A model generated the notes under the pieces. That model was not told the DNA's origin. It saw only the letters and a list, made by a program, of their open reading frames with translations, and did no database searches. A stretch of 24,000 nt of DNA from Pelotomaculum sp. PtaB.Bin104 (GTDB lineage Bacteria > Bacillota > Desulfotomaculia > Desulfotomaculales > Pelotomaculaceae). Location of the stretch: positions 42,046 to 66,045 of the forward strand of contig MVQL01000164.1 of assembly GCA_002067205.1 (NCBI GenBank), in the 5' to 3' direction. A program made the translations under genes and the position numbers. Shown here one piece after another: positions 1 to 7,968 of the stretch (positions within the stretch are counted from its first letter, which is position 1; each line of letters opens with the position of its first letter).

Positions 1-476
1 TGATCTTCGTCATTGCACTTTTCGTAATTTATATTTTCGTCGAAGCTAAATATAACTTGCATATGAGTAACTATATTAGGGGCTGCATGATGGCTTTGGC
101 GTTACTGCATACTTATCCAGGAAAATACTTGGATTTATACTTAACATCAACAATATTTGACAAGGCACTACATGTGTTTGGAACTTATGCTATTGCCCTT
201 TTTGCTTACTCGCTCATGGATCAGGTAATGGGAGTCACCTTCACCCACAGGAGGAATAAATTCGTTTTTATTGCTATATTGGGCATTAGTCTGGGAGCAA
301 TTTTTGAGATTATTGAATTTGTTGCGGATAATACCCTTAACCCAATGATTCATAACCAGCCAAACCTGACTGATACAAACTTAGATATGGTTGCCGATGT
401 TTTTGGTGCTTTAATTGCAGCGCTTCATTCTGCTTTTGGAGGTATACCATTACATTCATCAAGAGGCAAATCATAA
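1..476 (+). CDS. polytopic membrane protein, probably 5'-truncated by the window edge
   Basis: The ORF track gives 57..476. The same frame (codons from nt 3) has no stop back to the window edge and reads ..IFVIALFVIYIFVEAKYNL.., a TM-like helix, before the first ATG at 63. Further hydrophobic helices follow. Family not recognised with confidence. Confidence 0.6.
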   Translation, partial: IFVIALFVIYIFVEAKYNLHMSNYIRGCMMALALLHTYPGKYLDLYLTSTIFDKALHVFGTYAIALFAYSLMDQVMGVTFTHRRNKFVFIAILGISLGAIFEIIEFVADNTLNPMIHNQPNLTDTNLDMVADVFGALIAALHSAFGGIPLHSSRGKS

Positions 477-644
477 ATCAATCCATGCCCATTGCTCTAC
501 TCAAAGTAAGTTAATCAGGCCCAAAATAAATGCCTCCCCTATCTATAATTGCCGCAAGAGGAGGCATCAATTATCGGCGCGTCATAATTAGGACTGTGCC
601 CGCTAAAGGCTATAGCAATTCCTGACACTTGGGATTACCTTTTG

Positions 645-893
645 CTACATTTCAGTTCTCCAAAGGTAAATCTGCGTTAAGGTAAAAACAAACATGGACC
701 ACAGGATTACTCCGTAAAGAGACTCGTTTTTTTGGTAGTGTCTAAGCAAAAAATGTTTTAGTTTTTGAAGATCTCGGGCAACAAAAGTGGAGTCCTCAAT
801 TGCTGTTTTAAAAGCCGGTTGGGATTGGGTATAGGCCAAGATCTCCTCAGTTTGTTGGCGCTCAACTTCCATCGACAGTGCAACACGGGACAT
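645..893 (-). CDS. small hypothetical protein with C-terminal hydrophobic helix
   Basis: ATG at 893 is preceded by GGGGGTG with a 5-nt spacer on the minus strand. 82 aa ending in a TM-like segment (GVILWSMFVFTLTQIYLW). No family recognised. Confidence 0.55.
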   Translation of the reverse strand: MSRVALSMEVERQQTEEILAYTQSQPAFKTAIEDSTFVARDLQKLKHFLLRHYQKNESLYGVILWSMFVFTLTQIYLWRTEM

Positions 894-1121
894 AATGTCA
901 CCCCCTAATGAATTTATGTTTAAGAAATTATTTTTTTGACACTATCTAACTGAATAGTTAGAAAAATCATATGCTTACGCAAAAAAACTAAAAACTAATT
1001 TGTTATGACACAATTTTAATCATTATTCTGAATATTGTCAATAAGTTATTTGTAGTTTCTACCTAAAAAAACTTGCACCAGAGCTTTTTTGCACCAGCTC
1101 TGCTACGCACTAAGCTTCAAT

Positions 1122-2348
1122 TTATTGATTTTCCTTGTTGAGAATTTTTGGCACCCGAGGCGCTCTGAGCCTGTGCGTTGACCGCATGCCAGATCCGAGC
1201 AGCGGTATCACATAGTATTTAAAGGTATCTGTCACGTTGTTGCCTGCCTTGTTAATGAATTCATCCGGCATGTGTCTGGTTTTGTTGGCCACATCCTCCA
1301 GCGGGGTCAGTTTATAGTCAACTGAATAGTAGCCTGTTCGATGAATAGTAATCGAGCCATCCATATTATACCATATAGCGTAATGCGCTGCTTTTTCGCC
1401 GACTTCCCTTGCTTCCCGTTGGTCCACATCGGATACGCAGCCAAAGAAGGACCTCTGCAGATAACCAAAAGTATCCGCGCGCACCCGCTTAACATTTAGC
1501 TTTGTGCTCACTTCCTTGGCCAGCAAATCGCCTAATGTCCCGGTGCCGGAAAGCAGGATGTTGCCGTGCGCGTCCTTTTCCACATCTTTGATCAGCTTTG
1601 TTATCACCGGCTGGCCGTATTTATCCTGAATCCCCTCAGAAACAGCGATGACGCAGCGGCCATGCTTCTCATATACTTCTTTCACATCCTTTAAATATTT
1701 ATCAACACTAAAAGCTCTCTCCGGCAAGTAAATTAGATGCGGTCCGTCATCACAGTACTTCTGCGCAACGGATGAGGCGGCTGTCAAGAACCCCGCATGC
1801 CTGCCCATGAGCACTCCGATATGCACACCCGCCAGCGCCCTGTTGTCAAGGTTAATACCCATAAAGGTCTGTGCCACAAACCTTGCCGCGGAGCCATAGC
1901 CCGGTGTATGGTCATTGTACATTAAGTCATTATCAATGGTTTTGGGTATATGAATCGCTCGAAATTCATAATTTGATTGCTTAGCATATTTATTAACGAT
2001 CCTTAAGGTTTCAGATGAATCGTTGCCGCCGATATAAAAGAAATAACGGACACCATGCGCCTCTAAAACCTTGAAAATTTCCTTGCAGTATTGCTCGTCC
2101 GGCTTTACCCTTGTCGATAAAAGAGCTGACGATGGCGTTTTGGCTACCTGCTCCAGGTTATTGGTTGTTTCCTGTGTTAAATCAATAAAATTTTCATTAA
2201 CAATACCTTCCACACCATTAATTGCCCCATAAACCCTTGATACCTGAGGAAATTTTCTTGACTCAAGCACCACACCAACTAAGGACTGGTTAATTACCGC
2301 TGTCGGGCCACCACCCTGCGCTACCACAACTTTTCCTTCTAATTCCAT
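1122..2348 (-). CDS. pfp: 6-phosphofructokinase, likely pyrophosphate-dependent type
   Basis: PFK family features: GGGPTAVINQS near the N-terminus, IGGNDS, IPKTIDND, MGRHAG. Start moved from the ORF-track 2468 to the ATG at 2348 (MELEGKVVV..), which has GAGGAGGAG directly upstream. The 40 extra upstream codons have no RBS. Asp at the 4th position of GG(N)DS rather than GGDGS is the signature I associate with PPi-PFKs. Confidence 0.9.
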   Translation of the reverse strand: MELEGKVVVAQGGGPTAVINQSLVGVVLESRKFPQVSRVYGAINGVEGIVNENFIDLTQETTNNLEQVAKTPSSALLSTRVKPDEQYCKEIFKVLEAHGVRYFFYIGGNDSSETLRIVNKYAKQSNYEFRAIHIPKTIDNDLMYNDHTPGYGSAARFVAQTFMGINLDNRALAGVHIGVLMGRHAGFLTAASSVAQKYCDDGPHLIYLPERAFSVDKYLKDVKEVYEKHGRCVIAVSEGIQDKYGQPVITKLIKDVEKDAHGNILLSGTGTLGDLLAKEVSTKLNVKRVRADTFGYLQRSFFGCVSDVDQREAREVGEKAAHYAIWYNMDGSITIHRTGYYSVDYKLTPLEDVANKTRHMPDEFINKAGNNVTDTFKYYVIPLLGSGMRSTHRLRAPRVPKILNKENQ

Positions 2349-2892
2349 CCAGCTCCTCCTCTTTCGTTGTAAAATGCAGGATCTAGCTCCAAAAATGATT
2401 AGCAATTTAATAACAAACTTCTGCTGATATTTGCCAACATACAATAATTTTCCTCCCCTAAACATCACCAGCCATTACAAATACTACAAAAAATTGCCAC
2501 AATAATAGCTATTTTTATCATAGTCGACAAATCCCCTGGCACGACCGGCGCAAGTATCATACCGACGGTGAATTTTTGTATATAAGTATATTGACAGGAG
2601 TTGGGAGTTATCTGCATTATAATCAGATGGTGTAAATGGGGTATTTTTGAAGGGCAACAAAAATTATTAATCACTGTCGGAAGCAAAGGGGTTTAACTTG
2701 TGGCTTTCAATTTAGGGAACATTGCTTAAAGAAATTGCGAGAGCTGTTTAAGACATGCATTCCATCTTTAGGCTGTAAGGATTCTCCCAGTGTTCTTGTT
2801 TCAGTATATATCGATATTTAGAAAATGGAACTGTCTCATATAAATTATTTACCGAAAATAAACTTTAACGGCAACTGAAAGGGAGATTTATC

Positions 2893-2991
2893 ATGGCTAA
2901 ACAGAACGGCGGACGGTGCTTTTACTGCTGTATCGCGGTCGTAGCGGCCGCGGCAATACAATGCAATAATTTGCTCTTACAGTTGGTTTGA
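2893..2991 (+). CDS. candidate 32-aa Cys-rich hydrophobic peptide (MAKQNGGRCFYCCIAVVAAAAIQCNNLLLQLV)
   Basis: Hand translation. ATG at 2893 is preceded by AAAGGGAG with a 7-nt spacer; TGA at 2989-2991. Too short for the ORF track. A hairpin that could terminate either strand lies ~80 nt downstream. No homology evidence. Confidence 0.3.
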   Translation: MAKQNGGRCFYCCIAVVAAAAIQCNNLLLQLV

Positions 2992-3068
2992 AGTGGTTTC
3001 CCTGCAAATGCTGCTCGCATAGTAACTGCCTCATACGGCCAGCACTATGAACAGACTCGCCTTCCAGC

Positions 3069-3103
3069 AAAAAAAGCCCCACTCCGTGAGAGCAGGGTTG
3101 GGG
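3069..3103 (-). terminator. intrinsic terminator downstream of the 3134..3322 gene
   Basis: On the minus strand: CCCCAACCC..loop..GGAGTGGGG (interrupted stem, 3077-3103) followed by CTTTTTTTG (A-run 3069-3075 on plus). On the plus strand the same hairpin is followed by TTACTTTTATT, so it may act in both directions. Confidence 0.6.
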
Positions 3104-3133
3104 TTACTTTTATTAAAGATTTTTGTTCTACCA

Positions 3134-3322
3134 TTACTCGTTATTTCTTTGATTTTCCCGCCAAATAATAGTCTGGAGCAAGCGTTTGCGATCCTTTGTG
3201 GCCTTTACCCCTGGTGAGAATTCCCCTGGCTGACCGTATTTGGCATATATTTCATTAAGTTGTCCAGGTGAAAGCTGGTATACATTTGTTTGGTTATTAA
3301 TTATATTGTTTTCATTTTTCAT
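3134..3322 (-). CDS. small hypothetical protein (62 aa)
   Basis: Start placed at MKNENNII.. (ATG 3322) because GGAGG lies 8 nt upstream. The ORF-track start at 3364 has no RBS. A terminator follows the stop. No family recognised. Confidence 0.6.
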   Translation of the reverse strand: MKNENNIINNQTNVYQLSPGQLNEIYAKYGQPGEFSPGVKATKDRKRLLQTIIWRENQRNNE

Positions 3323-3527
3323 AGACTTAACCTCCATATTAATATAATTATTTATATGACACACTTTTCTGATTTATGCGACTAATACATGGCATGGGAA
3401 GAAAAATAATAAATCCGTGTAAAGTAGAAAGAATAATTTAATCGTAGTAAAACTGAATTAAATATTGTTTATATAAACGCTGAAAAATTAATAGACAGAT
3501 AATATCAGGATGAAGGTGTAAACAGTA

Positions 3528-4196
3528 TTGCAACAATCTCACAGTCTAATAGTTCGCCGGCCCAAATCCGCAATATCAGTATACTCAATCAATGCCTTTC
3601 ATTTAAGGAACCCTCTGGTGGTGGCCTGGTGGTCTTTGGTTTATCCTGGATTCGGGCATTTCAGATTGGTGGCAACGTTAAAGGGAGCGTTTTTATTTAT
3701 CGGGGAATTACTGATAAATACGTATTGCCATTTAAATTTGGCTATTATCTACACCTTTACTGGAAATTTTGCCATGGCCAAACAAGTCCTGAATATTCAT
3801 CTGCTGCTACTTTATTGCGGAATACTGGTCTTTGCGATATGGGACAGCTACCGGATCACCTTGGAAATAAACAAAGTTTCAGTCCTGGCCGACCACGCTG
3901 ATGCTCCAATCACACCAACTGCCTTAGGTCCCGCGGCACTGAACGCCCTGGACAAACGCAATCCCTGGGTAGCCGTGGCCTGGTCTGCATTGGGACCGGG
4001 ATTAGGCCATATTTACTGTGCTTCGTTTGTACATGCCTTTTTTTTAATGGTTACAGGTGTAATAATAATTTTTTTTTTCACAGCTCTGCCCGGCCATTTA
4101 TTATACCTTCACCGGTCAATTTATCCAGGCCAAAGCAGTTCTAGACTGGCAGTGGCTGCTCAACCTGCCTTCCTTCTACTGCTTCAGTATCTATGA
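3528..4196 (+). CDS. membrane protein with internal tandem duplication, reading frame disrupted at a T10 tract
   Basis: TTG start at 3528 with GAAGGTG upstream. Residues ~27-115 (NPLVVAWWSLVYPGFGHF...AIIYTFTGNFAMAKQVLN...WDSYRITLEINK) recur from residue ~145 (NPWVAVAWSALGPGLGHI...). After the T10 run (4069-4078) the encoded tail (TALPGHLLYLHRS...) no longer matches the first repeat. Confidence 0.6.
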   Translation: MQQSHSLIVRRPKSAISVYSINAFHLRNPLVVAWWSLVYPGFGHFRLVATLKGAFLFIGELLINTYCHLNLAIIYTFTGNFAMAKQVLNIHLLLLYCGILVFAIWDSYRITLEINKVSVLADHADAPITPTALGPAALNALDKRNPWVAVAWSALGPGLGHIYCASFVHAFFLMVTGVIIIFFFTALPGHLLYLHRSIYPGQSSSRLAVAAQPAFLLLLQYL

Positions 4197-4299
4197 TTCC
4201 TATGTAAAAACTGTGGAGCTCAATAAGCTCTTTGAGCAGGAACAGGCCCAGTTCCTGAGAAACAATTACCAGCAACCCAGGTTTAAAATGCCGTTATAA
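4078..4299 (+). other. +1-frame continuation that completes the second repeat of the 3528 gene
   Basis: Hand translation of the +1 frame from 4078: SQLCPAIYYTFTGQFIQAKAVLDWQWLLNLPSFYCFSIYDSYVKTVELNKLFEQEQAQFLRNNYQQPRFKMPL*. It parallels repeat 1 (AIIYTFTGNFAMAKQVLN...FAIWDSYRITLEINK). The stop at 4297-4299 lies just before the RBS of the next gene. Confidence 0.65.
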
Positions 4300-4317
4300 T
4301 CAGCGGGAGGTAAGCCG

Positions 4318-4782
4318 ATGTACCTGGTAGCGTCTTTTCACTATTGCCTGCATACCGAAATGGCGATCGCCAAAGTGGAACAATTGGGTATTAAGAAAAA
4401 GCATATACTTGCCGTGCCCTTAGAAAAAAGGGGTGAAACCCGCAATATTTTCGATACCATCCACCACGCTGACGGGATCAGCATGTTCGACGGCGGGGCC
4501 ATCCTCGGCAGTGTTGGCATGGTGTTAGGGGTCATTTATGGATTCGTTCTGACTTGGGGCCCGGTAGTATGGGGCCTGATCGGGTTAGCCTGTGGCTTTT
4601 TGGCTGGTTTCCTGCTTGATCATTACTTCAGAAAGCTGAGTCATTCAAAAGAAAGGCGATATGACTCGGATGCGGAGCTGTTTCTCATTGTCCACTGCGA
4701 TGAAAATAAAGCAGAGGAAGTAAAGAAAGCCCTCTGGGACCACCTTGCCCTGGGGGTTGCTGTTTTACCAGACTATAATTAA
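4318..4782 (+). CDS. hypothetical membrane protein (two central TM helices, soluble N- and C-terminal parts)
   Basis: ATG preceded by GGGAGG with a 7-nt spacer. 154 aa with a Gly-rich hydrophobic core (GGAILGSVGMVLGVIYGFVLTWGPVVWGLIGLACGFLAGFLL). Likely co-transcribed with the 3528 gene. Confidence 0.7.
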   Translation: MYLVASFHYCLHTEMAIAKVEQLGIKKKHILAVPLEKRGETRNIFDTIHHADGISMFDGGAILGSVGMVLGVIYGFVLTWGPVVWGLIGLACGFLAGFLLDHYFRKLSHSKERRYDSDAELFLIVHCDENKAEEVKKALWDHLALGVAVLPDYN

Positions 4783-4867
4783 AGTGAACGAGCTGCATTA
4801 GTTAGAAGGATTAGAACTTGTAACCATCGAGAAAGACACCCGCTGTTAGGCGAGTGCCTTTAGTTGG

Positions 4868-6208
4868 TTAGTTGTTATTTTCAGTTTCCTTAACGTTTTG
4901 ATTCGGCGATAGTGCTTCGGTTTGCCCTGTTGCTCTACCGGCGTCAATGAGTCCTACCCCCTGCACATCTGGCTCAAGGTTTTCCAGTGCTGTCGCGGTT
5001 TCTTTCAGCCGTTTTTTTACCTGGTCCGGTGTCAAGGAATTGTCAACCTGCAGCATCTGGGCCACCACACCAGAACATACAGGCGTGGCCATTGATGTGC
5101 CGGATAATGAAAAATACCAGCTACCAACCCGTGCATTTTTATTCTGCTTATCCAGTGTTGAGCCGGGCGAGCGCAGTGAGATAATATTAACACCCGGCGC
5201 CAGTATATCAGGTTTGGCCAGGCCGTCAATGGTTGGGCCCCTGCTGGAGAATTCGGCCACCAGGTCATCACCCGGGGCAGCAGTATTCCTGTCATCAAGG
5301 GCGCCCACGGTAATCACCAGCGGGTCAATGCCAGGAGAGCTGATGGTTTTTGCCCGCGGTCCCTCATTGCCCGCCGCTACACACACGACAATCCCGCTGG
5401 ACCAGGCTTTTTCCACCGCCTGACAGGCCGGGTCATTTTTGTAAGTCTCTGTGGCCGTACTGCCCAGGGACATGTTCAGCACCCTGATCCCCAGGGCATC
5501 TTTGTTGCCGATACACCACTGGATGCCTTCAATAACCGTTGACAGCCGACCCGAGCCCATTTTATCGAGCACCTTTACCCCAACCAAACCTGCTTCGTAG
5601 GCGGGACCAAGGTAACTGAAGCCGGATTGACTGCCGTTGGAGCCCACGTCTCCGGCCACGTGGGTACCGTGGCCGTTATCGTCGTAGGGAATGGTTTTTT
5701 GCTTAACAAAATCTTTGAACCCCACTATCCGCCCGGCCAGATCAGCGTGGTCATAAATCCCTGTGTCCAGAACTGCCACTACAACCCCTTTCCCGGTGAC
5801 ACCCAGGTCCCATAGCGGTGTGGACTTAACCACGGGGGCAGCAACGTCAAGCACTGCCTTAACCTCACGGTCATACCAAATTTTTTTGATTAACTTGTGC
5901 TGGGCCAGCAATTCCAGCTGCCTGGCGCTCACCTTTGTAGCAAATGAGTTAATTATCGGCAACTCCCTTTGCACAGGGCATTTAGCGTAATCTGCCAACT
6001 CTTTGAAAGGGCAATCACCTGCCCGGGTTTCCGCCGCCTGAACAATAACTGGTATTTTGCGCCAGCGCTGGATTAGGGATTTGAATGGCTTTTGCAAAAA
6101 GCAAGGCACATATTTCAGCGGCCGATACCACTTCAGGGCCGCCGTTTTTACCTGCGGGCAGAACTTGCCCACATTGGAGCGAATCCAGCTTACCTCATGG
6201 TATATCAT
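4868..6208 (-). CDS. aprX: subtilisin-family (S8) serine protease, AprX-like, no signal peptide
   Basis: Catalytic triad motifs VAVLDTGI (Asp), HGTHVAG (His) and GTSMATP (Ser). Start moved to MIYHEV.. (ATG 6208) with GGAGGG 7 nt upstream. The N-terminal WYRPLKYVPCFLQKPF and the ~446-aa length resemble my recollection of Bacillus AprX. No hydrophobic signal sequence. Confidence 0.85.
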   Translation of the reverse strand: MIYHEVSWIRSNVGKFCPQVKTAALKWYRPLKYVPCFLQKPFKSLIQRWRKIPVIVQAAETRAGDCPFKELADYAKCPVQRELPIINSFATKVSARQLELLAQHKLIKKIWYDREVKAVLDVAAPVVKSTPLWDLGVTGKGVVVAVLDTGIYDHADLAGRIVGFKDFVKQKTIPYDDNGHGTHVAGDVGSNGSQSGFSYLGPAYEAGLVGVKVLDKMGSGRLSTVIEGIQWCIGNKDALGIRVLNMSLGSTATETYKNDPACQAVEKAWSSGIVVCVAAGNEGPRAKTISSPGIDPLVITVGALDDRNTAAPGDDLVAEFSSRGPTIDGLAKPDILAPGVNIISLRSPGSTLDKQNKNARVGSWYFSLSGTSMATPVCSGVVAQMLQVDNSLTPDQVKKRLKETATALENLEPDVQGVGLIDAGRATGQTEALSPNQNVKETENNN

Positions 6209-6442
6209 AAAATTTCCCTCCAGTTCAAGGTGATCCACGCAATAAAAGGTCTGATATACCATGATATTAATTTGGCTTAAAATGGTTCTTCTGGTTAAAA
6301 CAAAAAAACTTGGAAGGACATCAGCAGAAAGACAGCCGTATAGCCTAAAACTTATTATTTACTTAAAAGGGTTTACATTAATGATTTAACCAATATAATT
6401 AATAGTAAAAAATATTCAGTTAATCAGTTTCTAATTTTAAAC

Positions 6443-6471
6443 GATCATTAGGTTGATTCAAGTCAGGAATT
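6443..6471 (+). promoter_or_regulatory. possible sigma-A-type promoter for the enoyl-CoA hydratase gene
   Basis: TTGATT (6443-6448), 17-nt spacer, TAATGT (6466-6471), ~44 nt upstream of the ATG. An alternative -10, GATAAT, has only a 15-nt spacer. Hexamer match only. Confidence 0.3.
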
Positions 6472-6514
6472 AAGATAATGTACATATATCCAAAAATTTT
6501 TCAGGAGGAGCAAT

Positions 6515-7297
6515 ATGATCAGTGAAGACAGCAAACCCGTGGGGTTAAAAATAATCGACAGCATAGCAATTATAACTATTGATAATCCACCGGTAAACGC
6601 CCTCAGCCTGGAAACACTGAATGGTATAGACCAGGCGCTGGACCAGGTCAGAGCGGAAACTGAGTTCAGGTCCCTGATCATTACCGGGGCCGGTGAAACC
6701 TTTGTAGCCGGATTGGACATCAAAATACTTATTGACCTGGATGAAGTAACCGGGCAAAATTTTTCGCGGCACGGTCAGGAGATCATGCAAAAAATCGCCG
6801 ATCTGCCTTTTCCAACTATCGCTGCCATTAACGGCACGGCGCTTGGCGGGGGCAGCGAGCTGGCCTTAGCCTGCAACATGCGGCTGGCCGATATTAATGC
6901 CCGCCTGGGATTTCCGGAAATTAACCTCGGAGTATTGCCTGGCTTTGGGGGTACACAGCGGTTTTCCCGCATGGTTCCTCTGGGTATTGTCTACGAAATG
7001 ATCTATACCGGGAAAATCATTACTGCTGAGGAAGCCTACCGGATCGGGATGGTCAACCGGGTAGTGCCGAGCGAACAAGTTTTAGAGGAAGCAATGAAGC
7101 TGGCAGAGCTAATCGTCTCCAAAAGGCACGTTGGCATCAGGGCGATTAAACAGGCGATTAACCGCGGCCTGCAGCTCTCCGTTCGTGACGGCATGGTTGT
7201 TGAAGCGGAGTTGCTCGGCAAACTATGTGAAGGCAACGAGGTTAAAGAAGGTGTGAAAGCTTTTTTTGAAAAGCGCCCGCCTGTTTTCAATGATTAA
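6515..7297 (+). CDS. enoyl-CoA hydratase/isomerase (crotonase) family protein
   Basis: AGGAGG RBS 6 nt upstream. Crotonase hallmarks: ITIDNPPVNAL, ITGAGETFVAGLDI, AAINGTALGGGSELALACNMRLA, EINLGVLPGFGGTQR, EGVKAFFEKRPPVF. Confidence 0.9.
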   Translation: MISEDSKPVGLKIIDSIAIITIDNPPVNALSLETLNGIDQALDQVRAETEFRSLIITGAGETFVAGLDIKILIDLDEVTGQNFSRHGQEIMQKIADLPFPTIAAINGTALGGGSELALACNMRLADINARLGFPEINLGVLPGFGGTQRFSRMVPLGIVYEMIYTGKIITAEEAYRIGMVNRVVPSEQVLEEAMKLAELIVSKRHVGIRAIKQAINRGLQLSVRDGMVVEAELLGKLCEGNEVKEGVKAFFEKRPPVFND

Positions 7298-7482
7298 GCT
7301 CCAGCCAACAATTATCTATGGCACAGCCTGCAATTGTGCTGCCTGGATTGGCACTGCCCTTTCCCTGGTGCTATTTTTTAAACCAACCATAAGGCTGTTG
7401 ATTTAGTAATTATGAAAAATTAAAGGCCTGGCAATAATTAACCCGGCCAGCTGAGAATTCTTTTACCGGTGGTAGTATAATT

Positions 7483-7962
7483 ATGAAATTTATCTGCCCG
7501 TTAATTGTTGTCAAGGACGTAGAGCAATCCAAGAATTTTTACGAAAATGTTCTCAAACAAAAGGTCAAGTTTGATTTTGGCGAGAATGTCCTCTTTGAAG
7601 GTGACTTTGCCATTCATTTGGCCAGTCATTATCAAAAACTTTTGGGCTGCGACAGCAAGCAAATTCTTAATAAATCCAATAACTTTGAATTATATTTTGA
7701 AGCAGACAATTTGGAAGAAATTTATACAAAGCTAAAAGGTGAGCACGTTGAATTCATCCATAAGGTCTTAGAGCAACCCTGGGGACAAAAGGTAATTCGT
7801 TTCTATGATTTGGACGCACATATAATTGAAATTGGCGAACCGATGCAAACTGTAGTACTCCGTCTTGCAAATACAGGGCTTTGTGTTAATGAAATATGTA
7901 CAAAGACCTCAATGCCGGCACACTTTGTAGAAAGCATATTAAACGCCGCTAAGCAAACGTAA
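7483..7962 (+). CDS. VOC (glyoxalase/bleomycin-resistance fold) family protein
   Basis: The N-terminus (PLIVVKDVEQSKNFYENVL) and the C-terminal WGQKVIRFYDLDAHIIEIGEP are typical of VOC-fold proteins. GGTGG lies 10 nt upstream of the ATG. Confidence 0.75.
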   Translation: MKFICPLIVVKDVEQSKNFYENVLKQKVKFDFGENVLFEGDFAIHLASHYQKLLGCDSKQILNKSNNFELYFEADNLEEIYTKLKGEHVEFIHKVLEQPWGQKVIRFYDLDAHIIEIGEPMQTVVLRLANTGLCVNEICTKTSMPAHFVESILNAAKQT

Positions 7963-7968
7963 ATGATA

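Noticed and set aside
1079-1102. Hairpin CAGAGCT/AGCTCTG downstream of the PFK stop
   Set aside because: The stem is only 7 bp, and the T7 run on the minus strand begins ~7 nt after it. This is not a canonical intrinsic terminator geometry.
2349-2468. 40-codon N-terminal extension of the PFK ORF (MMFRGGKLLYVGKYQQKF...)
   Set aside because: It has no RBS. The sequence is not PFK-like, and a strong GAGGAGGAG RBS sits directly before the internal ATG at 2348, which begins the conserved domain.
2591-2623. Perfect TTGACA and TATAAT hexamers on the plus strand
   Set aside because: The spacer is 21 nt by my count, outside the 16-18 nt range for sigma-A promoters. This is probably chance in AT-rich intergenic DNA, though it could be revisited if a TSS maps near 2630.
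2465-2686. 73-aa minus-strand ORF
   Set aside because: It has no RBS and a low-complexity, odd composition. It lies in the PFK promoter region and overlaps the rejected PFK extension.
2897-3082. 61-aa minus-strand ORF antisense to the small Cys-rich ORF
   Set aside because: It has no RBS and an Arg/Ser-rich, non-protein-like sequence. It spans the terminator hairpin of the upstream gene.
4947-5990. Several plus-strand ORFs (158, 65, 62, 75 aa) and an 88-aa minus-strand out-of-frame ORF inside the protease gene
   Set aside because: These are shadow ORFs (antisense or out of frame) of a confidently identified S8 protease. Their Ser/Pro/Ala/Thr-rich composition is typical of antisense frames.
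6463-7290. Multiple minus-strand ORFs overlapping the enoyl-CoA hydratase gene
   Set aside because: These are shadow ORFs of a gene with clear crotonase motifs. They have no RBSs.
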